Shown one piece after another: positions 11,601-19,007 of a stretch of DNA of 41,327 bases (positions are counted from its first letter, which is position 1; every line of letters starts with the position of its first letter). The stretch covers positions 1-41,327 of the forward strand of contig JACRCW010000132.1 of the NCBI GenBank assembly GCA_016218805.1, in the 5' to 3' direction. A model generated the notes under the pieces. That model was not told the origin of the DNA, did no database searches, and worked only from the letters and a program-made list of their open reading frames with translations. This DNA comes from Deltaproteobacteria bacterium. Lineage in GTDB: Bacteria > Myxococcota > JACRCW01. The position numbers were made by a program, and so were the translations under genes.

Positions 11601-14600
11601 ACCGCGTGAGCGTGGTGCACCAGCCCACGGGCTATGCGGCGGATTGCTGGGATGTGGACCACAACGGCCGCGCGGACGTGGGCAGCGAGGACCTTGACGG
11701 TGACGGGTCCGTGACCGTGGCTGACTGCTACCCGGCGGAGGCGTTTGCGTTCATCAAGTACGACGACACCAAGGCGGCACCGCTGGTGACGGGTGGCCTG
11801 GTACAGGGCGGCTCCTCCGACGCGGTGACAGCGCTGCGAAAGTCCGTGGCGTTGGGATTGGTGGAGTCCGGCGGCAGCAAGTATGTGCGGCTGGCCATCA
11901 CCAGCCCGCGTGATCTCACGCCGCTGCCCACCGGCGCCATCGGCTACGTGCAGTTCACCCGCGTGACGGACAACGCGCCGTTTTCCGTCCACGAGCGCGA
12001 CCGCAGCACCCCCAACGAACTGCTCATCAAGCGGTTTCCGGCCACGGGTCCAACGTTGCCAGCCACCGTGGCGCTGTCCGCCAGCGTGATCACCGACCCG
12101 GTGGACGGGGCGTTCTCCCCGGACGGTGCGCGGCTGCTGCTGTCCGGCATGTTTGCGGGCACGCGGCCGGTGCTGGTGCGCACGGCGGGCACGCAGAACG
12201 TGGAGGGCTCCGTGCGCGTGGGCGAGTTCTTTGCGCCGGTGCGCGGCATCTCCTGGGTGCGCGAGGAGAGCTACCAGGCGTGCAACTGGGTGGGCGGTGT
12301 GCTCCATCCCGCCTCCCACGTCCTGGCGCGCCCGCTGCGCGGCGCGCTGGATGACCTGCGCATCTACGCCGGCCTGCGGGACGAGGAATCCATTCGCTCC
12401 GAAGCGGCGCTGGGAATTGAACGGCTGCGCGCGTCCAACCGCACCACGCCCGCGGAACGGCTTCAGGGCCCGTGCGCAACCAACTCCGACTGCGACGCCT
12501 ACACGCTGTGCCAGGCAGGCCGCTGCGCGGTGGTGGCCTGTGACCCGACGAGCCCAACGGCCTGCGCCGCCCAGAACGCGCGCTGCACGCTGCGTCCCGC
12601 GTCCGTGCGGACGTCTGACTTTGACGGTCCTACGCCCCCCCGCTGGGTGTGCGCGGTGGATTGTGCGGCGGACGCGGAGTGCTTTACGCAGAGTTGCTCC
12701 AACGGGCCATGCCGCTTCTGCGAAGAACCCACCGGTTCCTGCGTGGAATGCCGCGAAAGCGTGCAGACGGTGGGCGGCTTCACCGCACGCGTGACGGAAG
12801 GCTGCCCGGACCGCAACAGCTTCCTGTGCGACAACGGGACGTGTGAAACGGAGTGCTACTCCATCCGTGACGGATTGAGCGTCTACCGCTGTGACCCCAC
12901 GCTTGAGTTCTGCCGCAACGGACGGTGCGAAGCGCTGCGCTGGGACTGGACGGACGTGGCCCCCGCGTCGCTGCTGGGGCTGGCGGAAACCGGCTACCAG
13001 AGCGTGCCCGGCGCGGTGCGCACCGTGGCGGTGGGCGAGGGCACGGCCATTGAAGTGAAGGCATACGGGAAGGGTGATTACGGGCATTCGCCGGAGCTGC
13101 TGGTGGAAGCCCAGCTGGTGCGCAGCGGCGGAGTGAGCGCGGGGTCCTACTACGGCGGGGAGTGGTTCCGCGTGGGACGCATCATGGTGGACAACCGCAC
13201 GCGCGCTGATGCGGCGGCGCACCCGTACGTGTTGCACGTGCCGCATCCCATTTCGGACCTGCGCATGCGCCTGGTTCACACGCCCTATGAAAACCTGGAC
13301 AATGCCGCCACGGGCCTGGGCGCCAAAGACAAGGATTTCTGCCTGGCGGATGTGGGCACGGGTTCGCAGGCGCGCTGCAAGTACCGGCCGCCGGGAAGTG
13401 CGCAGCATCTGGGTTACGCGGCGGAGGTCTCCTTTGACCAGGTGGCGCGGGACTGCGCGCGCGACCACGCGGGCTGCCCCAGCGTGACGGACCCGCTGCG
13501 CAAGTACCTGGGTGACGGCACGCCGGCCATCCTGGTGACCGAGGCACGCGTGAACGGGAGCAGCGCCACCTTGGATGCCAACCCGGTGTGCTCATGGGAG
13601 GGCAGCCTGGAACCGCTCAACGCCAGCACCGGCCGCCGCAAGAAGCTGTATTACGGGAACGTGGCTGCGGAACTGAGCGCCACCAAGCGCAAGGCGTGCG
13701 GAACGGCGTGCCCCACCACGGGGCTGCTGGACTTCCGCACGGTAAGCAACGGCGCATATGGCCTCCTCAACTGTGACTACAGCGACCCTGCGACCAACCA
13801 GGTGGCGGTGTTGGACTTCACGCTGCCGCCGTACGTGCAGCGTTTCCAGTCCGGCAGCGTGCGGGAGACGGCCAACAGCTGCTTTGTGGAGGTGGACCCG
13901 GTCCGCCGCGAGCAGTGCTACGAGTTCATTGGCGGCGACGTGTCCATGGACGTGTTGGCCAGCGCGCAGGACGTGTTCCAGACGCTGGAGTTCAACCTGC
14001 CGCGCGCGTTTGCGCACGACGAAGGGTTCACGCGGGTCAACACGCCCACCAGCACGCTCACCGCGGCGGTCACCGGCCTGAGCACGGGCGCCACGGTGCG
14101 GGTGCGCAACGCGCGCAACGGGACCACGGTGGACATCCCCGGTGATTCGTCTGGGACGGCGGTGACCCGGTCCTTTGCGGCGCCGCTGCCGGTGGGCCAG
14201 CGCTACGAGTTGGAGATTGCCACCCAGCCCGACGGCCACCTGTGCGCCGTCTACCTGGGGGCCGCGGGGACCATGGTGTCCGCCGGCGTGACGGCGACGG
14301 TGATGTGCCGCAAGGCCGGGTGGATCTTCATTGGCGGGTGGGGAATGACAGGCAACGCGGCCACCGTGGAGCTGGTGGCGCAGGAATCCCGGCTCTGGCC
14401 GGGCACCGAGATTCTCCCCAACCGGCGCTTCTTCTGGACGTTCAAGCCCTGCACGCAGCAGGCGCCCAATGCGTGCGCGGGCTATCTCGCGCCCCAGCTG
14501 CCGGACGGTACCGGGTACACGGTGTCCGTTGTCAGCCACCCCACCGCGCCTACGCAATTCTGCACGCTGACCCAGAACCCCCCGTCCAGCAGTCCGCCCG

Positions 14601-16279
14601 TTGCCAGTGCCGGCACGTTGGGGTTTGCCGCCACGTCCGGCGCGTTCTTCCTGACCTGCGTGGACACGCCCAACCGCGCGCTGGGCGGCCGGGTCACGGG
14701 CCTGGCCGGGGCCGGCTTGGTGTTGCGCAGCGTCACCACTTCGGAAACCCGCGCCATCACGCCGGCCGCCGGTGGCGCGGCGGTGAACTTTGCGTTCTCT
14801 ACGCGCATTCCGCCGGGAGCGCCGTACAACGTGGTGGTTGACCAGCACCCGGTGAACCAGCAGTGCTTTGTGGAGAACCCCAGCGGCACCATGCCCAACA
14901 ATGACGTGACCAACCTCCGGGTCACGTGCAGCAACGCGCCCACGTACGCCGTGTCCGTGGAGGCCACCGCCGTGGCGGGCCGCGGCCTGGCGCTGCGGCT
15001 CAACGGTTCTGAGACGCTGGCCGTGCCGCAGGACGGCGTCTACACGTTTGCCACGCGCCTGCTGGCGGGTGCGTCCTACCAGGTGGACGTTGCCTCGCAG
15101 CCGGTGACGCCGGACCAGGATTGCCAGGTGGTGGCGGGCAGCGGCGCCATCGTCGCCACCAACGTGGGCAACGTGCGCGTCATCTGCGGACTGCGGCCCG
15201 CGGGCGGGACGCAGTTCACCGTGGGCGGCAAGCTCAACGGCATGCTGGGCAGCGGGCTGCGGCTGACGCTGGGCGGCTCCGCCGCCACGGTGGGTGACGC
15301 GGGCGCGGGCCCCGGTTCCCAGCAGTTGGACCTGGACCGCAACGGCTCCTTCACGTTCCGCACGCCGGTGGGAAACAATGAGGAATACACGGTGCGCGTG
15401 CTGCTGCAGCCGGTGAACCCGGCCCAGGTGTGCACGGTGACCAACTACACGGGCCGCATCTCCGGCGCGGATGTCACCAACGTCACCGTCACGTGCGCGG
15501 GCGCCAGCACCATGAGCGTCCGCTTCACGGCCGGCTCCGCGCTCAGCGCGCCGGATGAGGCGGTCCGGTTGGTGCTGTTTGGCGCGGACGGCGTGCCGCG
15601 GGCACGCTCGCGTGACAACGCGCGGTTGGGGCCCGCCGGCACACTGCTGTCCCTGGTGGACTTTGGCGCCACGGAGGCGGACCCGCCGGAGGCCGCGTTG
15701 CGCCCGGGCAACTACACGCTGGTAGGTATTACCAACTCCAGTCACTCCGGCGCGGCGCCGTGGTTTGAGGCGGGTGACCTGGGCTTTGTGAAGGCCGCCA
15801 CCGTGCCCGCGGGCGGTACGGCCGCGGAGGTGGGCGTGCCCCTCACGCTGGCCACGTCCGCGGACGGTGGGTACACCAGCGGGCTGGTCGCCACCGTGAC
15901 CGAGCCCATCTCATTGCGCGGTGCGGAGGTTCCCGCGGACGCCTCCGTCACGTGCTACTGGCTGGTGCCCACGGGAGCGCGCCCGTCCCTGCCGGTGGGC
16001 GCGTCCGTGGCCACCAGCCGCCTGGAGTGCCTGCCGGACCAGGTGCCGTGTTTCCGCTACCTGCCCAGCCTGGGAACCATGGCCGGGACCACCACGGTGG
16101 AAACGCCGCTGGTGCCGGGCCGCTACGACGTCATGTGCTGGCTGGACCGGAGCCCGGGCAGCAGCACGCCTGACAACATTCTTGGAACGGGAGACCGCGT
16201 GGGCTTTGCGGCCAACGTGACTGCCGATGGTCCGGGGCTGCTGACGACGCAGGCTGTCGTCACGCTGGATGCGCCGTGA
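8693..16279 (+). CDS. giant secreted multidomain protein (cohesin-like x2, LamG, TolB-like propeller, SUEL/Gal-lectin, Ca-binding loops, Cys-rich modules, five Ig-like repeats)
   Basis: 2528-aa ORF with signal peptide. LamG motifs LHYSFDD, SFSTWV, WHHVAFT, GALDDLRIY. PD40-like PRWAPDG, AFSPDG. Lectin YGDSCPNVVKRIAVRARC. Repeats G.V.GL.G.GL.L..Y.V.V..QP..Q.C.V..G..VTNV.VTC. Confidence 0.85.
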   Translation: MRLRSSSTAMLAGVLLAPALALAAPLTLTQLDALGSFVDCRDRCSAGPAQDTWACMQGCGAEDPLWEKDGVEPVTRNDYELAKLERADAGSGTQICYRDGGSVVVPAPLCANPLCQSVHVCTAQECTLTGANRPQACPDVVCQALPQRSATDCADADQDGIPAWLERAQQSSDTTREVTCSDDSTCGFQSRCTYIPATGTARCAPRTCSGPCTAFHLETVSVDDQQVLVHVFFDYAPTPARVLEVFLTYEHSALVLADARPLPNLTAFGHQLHSSHLADGTLRLVMYGPDGGALHTGPLAELVFLRTGSEASTVRFVTTDAMQETAMAPNSSATQRQALREDSLWGSPVVIPARADADGNRLLLHYSFDDPDNPLAYSGVPSAEELCLRVPDCAAEPDAVLRQRFVARLARLQRGSVKASGSVEGVSRGGLLLNGATDHLRLPVHVLQPYEPAGQSFSFSTWVYAEGAPDTETAPQLVFSQLGPDERTRFGLLLRREVTSAGVDRSSLQFFTGDVVSSSSTLALTPLGQGFPNRTWHHVAFTLNAATGQVVLFLDGLRVGTAALPASPSPVQCPGFLRGSDVVLHQEGEYLGGRVPEVAYLAPKRGPFFQVERTDLDGFASQAILANGRNNFQDVDYLPLLDKIAYSTDASGDFEIFIANSDGTNPQQITKGFGDTGRLLFARHPRWAPDGTGLIFESNIYSVPDEHNTEAGTQLYYVTFNPSTGQPAIPLEGGSTVTELDYTQLLSMQVMGSVQLTQGAFHHAHAAFFSGVAGSTRGDIVFERTDLAQRGGHIRRMTIPRNFREATSTAVEGLNDATGLCADPRDGASVDIACGQGSTITSVDFAYYGNSLQIAGTCQDPQFTVAAGACGRDVLADVSARCVGRQSCRIQGADYGDSCPNVVKRIAVRARCSFPASAEQRLLAAAVQVSGIGTQVTRTPIMLYTRRAANQVFLPSTQLTAQATSSATGYRVSVVHQPTGYAADCWDVDHNGRADVGSEDLDGDGSVTVADCYPAEAFAFIKYDDTKAAPLVTGGLVQGGSSDAVTALRKSVALGLVESGGSKYVRLAITSPRDLTPLPTGAIGYVQFTRVTDNAPFSVHERDRSTPNELLIKRFPATGPTLPATVALSASVITDPVDGAFSPDGARLLLSGMFAGTRPVLVRTAGTQNVEGSVRVGEFFAPVRGISWVREESYQACNWVGGVLHPASHVLARPLRGALDDLRIYAGLRDEESIRSEAALGIERLRASNRTTPAERLQGPCATNSDCDAYTLCQAGRCAVVACDPTSPTACAAQNARCTLRPASVRTSDFDGPTPPRWVCAVDCAADAECFTQSCSNGPCRFCEEPTGSCVECRESVQTVGGFTARVTEGCPDRNSFLCDNGTCETECYSIRDGLSVYRCDPTLEFCRNGRCEALRWDWTDVAPASLLGLAETGYQSVPGAVRTVAVGEGTAIEVKAYGKGDYGHSPELLVEAQLVRSGGVSAGSYYGGEWFRVGRIMVDNRTRADAAAHPYVLHVPHPISDLRMRLVHTPYENLDNAATGLGAKDKDFCLADVGTGSQARCKYRPPGSAQHLGYAAEVSFDQVARDCARDHAGCPSVTDPLRKYLGDGTPAILVTEARVNGSSATLDANPVCSWEGSLEPLNASTGRRKKLYYGNVAAELSATKRKACGTACPTTGLLDFRTVSNGAYGLLNCDYSDPATNQVAVLDFTLPPYVQRFQSGSVRETANSCFVEVDPVRREQCYEFIGGDVSMDVLASAQDVFQTLEFNLPRAFAHDEGFTRVNTPTSTLTAAVTGLSTGATVRVRNARNGTTVDIPGDSSGTAVTRSFAAPLPVGQRYELEIATQPDGHLCAVYLGAAGTMVSAGVTATVMCRKAGWIFIGGWGMTGNAATVELVAQESRLWPGTEILPNRRFFWTFKPCTQQAPNACAGYLAPQLPDGTGYTVSVVSHPTAPTQFCTLTQNPPSSSPPVASAGTLGFAATSGAFFLTCVDTPNRALGGRVTGLAGAGLVLRSVTTSETRAITPAAGGAAVNFAFSTRIPPGAPYNVVVDQHPVNQQCFVENPSGTMPNNDVTNLRVTCSNAPTYAVSVEATAVAGRGLALRLNGSETLAVPQDGVYTFATRLLAGASYQVDVASQPVTPDQDCQVVAGSGAIVATNVGNVRVICGLRPAGGTQFTVGGKLNGMLGSGLRLTLGGSAATVGDAGAGPGSQQLDLDRNGSFTFRTPVGNNEEYTVRVLLQPVNPAQVCTVTNYTGRISGADVTNVTVTCAGASTMSVRFTAGSALSAPDEAVRLVLFGADGVPRARSRDNARLGPAGTLLSLVDFGATEADPPEAALRPGNYTLVGITNSSHSGAAPWFEAGDLGFVKAATVPAGGTAAEVGVPLTLATSADGGYTSGLVATVTEPISLRGAEVPADASVTCYWLVPTGARPSLPVGASVATSRLECLPDQVPCFRYLPSLGTMAGTTTVETPLVPGRYDVMCWLDRSPGSSTPDNILGTGDRVGFAANVTADGPGLLTTQAVVTLDAP

Positions 16280-16299
16280 GAACAAAGATTGGGGTTGCC

Positions 16300-18474
16300 A
16301 TGAACCGATACCAGACGTCCGTCCGCCTGATTGCTCTTGCGTGTGCCGCCTCCACGGCGGCGGCGCAGACCGTACCGCGCAACCCGCAGTCCTGTGACGA
16401 CCCATCCGGGGATTATCCCTGCAGCTACCAGATACAGACGGTATCCCTGCAGCCCAGCCCGGGCGTGTTCAAGTTCCAGGCGCGCGTGAGCCAGGCCAAA
16501 CTCCCCGTGGGTGAAGGCACCTTCAACCGCGTGATTGTCCGCGTGGTGCGCGGCACCACCACGCTGTGCCAGGAGGAGTTCACCAACGTCCAGGTGCAGG
16601 GCAGCGTGCTCAACCTGGAGTTGGGCCGCGGCATGACGTGCGAACTGGACCAGGTCATTGCGGAAAACGCGGACCTGAACTTCCAGCTGTGCCTGGGCGG
16701 CGAGGCCAACTGCCTGCGCCCCATCCAGCTGGGCACCACGCCGTACGCCATCAAGTCCACGTTTGCGCGCACCGCGCAGGAAGCGCACCTGGCGGACGTG
16801 GCGGGGCAGGCCAACTACGCGCACCGCACCACGGCGGACCGGGACCTGTTCCTCAGCAAGGAACTGGGGTTTGGCTACTTTGACTTTGCTACGCCCTACA
16901 ACCGCGGGACCTTGTACCCGGCGGACACGGGCTTCACGCCGTACGCGTCCGGAGGTTTCATCCAGTGGGCCCCGCTGAGCGAGCAGGACCCCACGCTGCA
17001 CATCTGCGCGCGTGATGACGCCACGGACCAGCCGCGCATGCTGGAGCGGCTGGTGCTGGCCAGCAACGCCACCAACGTGCTGGGGTCACTGAACGTGACC
17101 CAGGGCGGCGTGCACGTGAGCGGCGCGTCCGACATCACGGGCACCACCACGGTGCGGGGCGTGCTGAAGGTGGACCCGCCGGCCAGCGGTGCCAACGGCC
17201 TGCAGGTGACCGGCCCCACCACGTTGAACGGCAGTGCGGCCATCAACGGCGCGGTCACGGTGACCGTGCCCAACAACGCGCCGGCCATGACGGTGACGGG
17301 CAACTCGGACTTTGGCGTGCTGACCGTGCGGCAGCTCATTGTGACGTCGGACTTCACCAACCGCGGCACCAACACCATCAGCGGCGCCACCAACCTGGGC
17401 GGCGTGTCTTCAGACTTCAGCGTGGGAGGCAACCTCACCGTCCTGGGCGGCGCCGGCAGCAGCTTCAACGGGCCCATTGCGGTCACCAACGGGCTGAGCT
17501 TCCGCGCCAGCACCGGCGGCAACGGCGGGACGGCGCTCAGCCACACCAGCGGCAACACGCTCACCGTCAACCCGGGCAACGTGTTCAGCGGGGGCGCCGT
17601 GGTGGACAGCCCGCTGTCCGTGCGCGGCGTGCTGTCCGTAACCGGCGAATCCCGCCTGGGCACCGTCCTGCGCTTCACCCGCGGCGCCGGTGATGAGAGC
17701 AACGCGGGCACCATTGGGTACCGCGCGTTTGACACCACGGCGTTGGACATTGTTGGCGCTGGCGCGGCGACGCCCGGCAACACACGCCGCGTGCGGATCT
17801 GGGACATCTTGGCCGCGGGCAAGGTGGAGACGGGGGACGCGGCCCTCACGGGCGCGCTCACCGTCGGCGGCGCGGCCACCGTCAGCGGTGCACTCACCGT
17901 CACCGGTGAAACGGCGGTTACCGGCCCCGTCAAGTTCAAGCAGAACACGGGGGACGATCCGGTCTCCGCGGTCATCTCGTACCGCCCCAGTTACGATTCC
18001 AATGCGCTCGGGATTGTTGGCGTGGGGACCGCGGGAAACCGCAAGGTGCGGCTGTGGGACGACGTCACCGTTGACGACGCGCTCTCCGTCACCGGCAACC
18101 TCTCCGTGGCGGGTGGAACCATCGCCAACACGGCCGCGGACGGCCAGGTGGCCGTGAGCCAGAACTTCGCGTTCCGGGACACCGGTGACACGTGGCTCCG
18201 TTTGCGGACGGGACCGAACAGCGAGACCTACGCGGACCTCGCGGTCAACAAGCTCTGGCTCGGGGGCGAGCTCCAGGCTTGGGGCGGCATCACCATGCCG
18301 CACACGTGCCGGAACCTGTCGACGACCTGCAACTCCAGTGGGGGCGGCGAACTCGTCTACCTGGACCGCCATTCACCCGCCTGTTCCGACGACGAAGCCA
18401 TGGTGTCCTGGCACCTGTCCACATGCCCGGGCGGGATACGCGTGGACTACCGCTGCTGCGGGGTGGGCAAGTGA
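16300..18474 (+). CDS. secreted tail-fibre-like (probably trimeric) adhesin
   Basis: Signal peptide. N-domain FQARV..LNLELG..LRPIQLGTTPYA followed by A..A..A periodicity. Gly/Thr/Val beta-repeat shaft, two IVG.G..R.VR.WD modules, Cys-rich tip YLDRHSPAC..YRCC. Alternative GTG start at 16276. Confidence 0.75.
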   Translation: MNRYQTSVRLIALACAASTAAAQTVPRNPQSCDDPSGDYPCSYQIQTVSLQPSPGVFKFQARVSQAKLPVGEGTFNRVIVRVVRGTTTLCQEEFTNVQVQGSVLNLELGRGMTCELDQVIAENADLNFQLCLGGEANCLRPIQLGTTPYAIKSTFARTAQEAHLADVAGQANYAHRTTADRDLFLSKELGFGYFDFATPYNRGTLYPADTGFTPYASGGFIQWAPLSEQDPTLHICARDDATDQPRMLERLVLASNATNVLGSLNVTQGGVHVSGASDITGTTTVRGVLKVDPPASGANGLQVTGPTTLNGSAAINGAVTVTVPNNAPAMTVTGNSDFGVLTVRQLIVTSDFTNRGTNTISGATNLGGVSSDFSVGGNLTVLGGAGSSFNGPIAVTNGLSFRASTGGNGGTALSHTSGNTLTVNPGNVFSGGAVVDSPLSVRGVLSVTGESRLGTVLRFTRGAGDESNAGTIGYRAFDTTALDIVGAGAATPGNTRRVRIWDILAAGKVETGDAALTGALTVGGAATVSGALTVTGETAVTGPVKFKQNTGDDPVSAVISYRPSYDSNALGIVGVGTAGNRKVRLWDDVTVDDALSVTGNLSVAGGTIANTAADGQVAVSQNFAFRDTGDTWLRLRTGPNSETYADLAVNKLWLGGELQAWGGITMPHTCRNLSTTCNSSGGGELVYLDRHSPACSDDEAMVSWHLSTCPGGIRVDYRCCGVGK

Positions 18475-19007
18475 GCCGGCACAGCGCGCTGCCGTGCGCG
18501 CTCTGCGTGTTCACGGTGGCGTCGGTGTGGACGGGGTGCTCCGTCTCCTCGGGGCCCCCGGACGAAAACACGGAGTCGCCGCCGCGGCAGGCCGCGCCCG
18601 GTCCGTGGGTTCGGCCGGAGCGCCCAGTGCATCCAGACCCCGCCGTTCGCGCGCTGGCCTGGCGGATGGAGTTCCGCACTCCGCTGGGGCTTGTCGGGCC
18701 GCGGATGGCGGAGTTCATGCTGGAATACGAACCGGGCATGACGTTTCTGGAGGCGGTGCCGGGTGGCGCGGTGATGCAGGCCGGCAAAAAGATCGTTGTC
18801 AAGCCGCTGGATGGGGCGCGCCTGCGGGTGTTGGTGTTTTCGTCGGAGAACACCACGCGTTTGGGGTCGGGTGACTGGTTCACGCTGCGCTTCAGCGGCG
18901 CTCGCGGCTCGGTGCGCGTGCTCGCGGGTGAAAGCCAGTTCGCGCCGGGGGAGACCGAGGTGTCCGACGCGACGGTGGCACTGGTGCCGGGGGAGGAAGC
19001 GGGATGA
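18471..19007 (+). CDS. small lipoprotein with cohesin-like domain
   Basis: GTG start overlapping the previous stop (GTGA). VWTGC lipobox-like. RMAEFMLEY..AGKKIVV..LRVLVFS..LGSGDWFTLRF, homologous to the domain in 7876-8688. Confidence 0.7.
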   Translation: MSRHSALPCALCVFTVASVWTGCSVSSGPPDENTESPPRQAAPGPWVRPERPVHPDPAVRALAWRMEFRTPLGLVGPRMAEFMLEYEPGMTFLEAVPGGAVMQAGKKIVVKPLDGARLRVLVFSSENTTRLGSGDWFTLRFSGARGSVRVLAGESQFAPGETEVSDATVALVPGEEAG

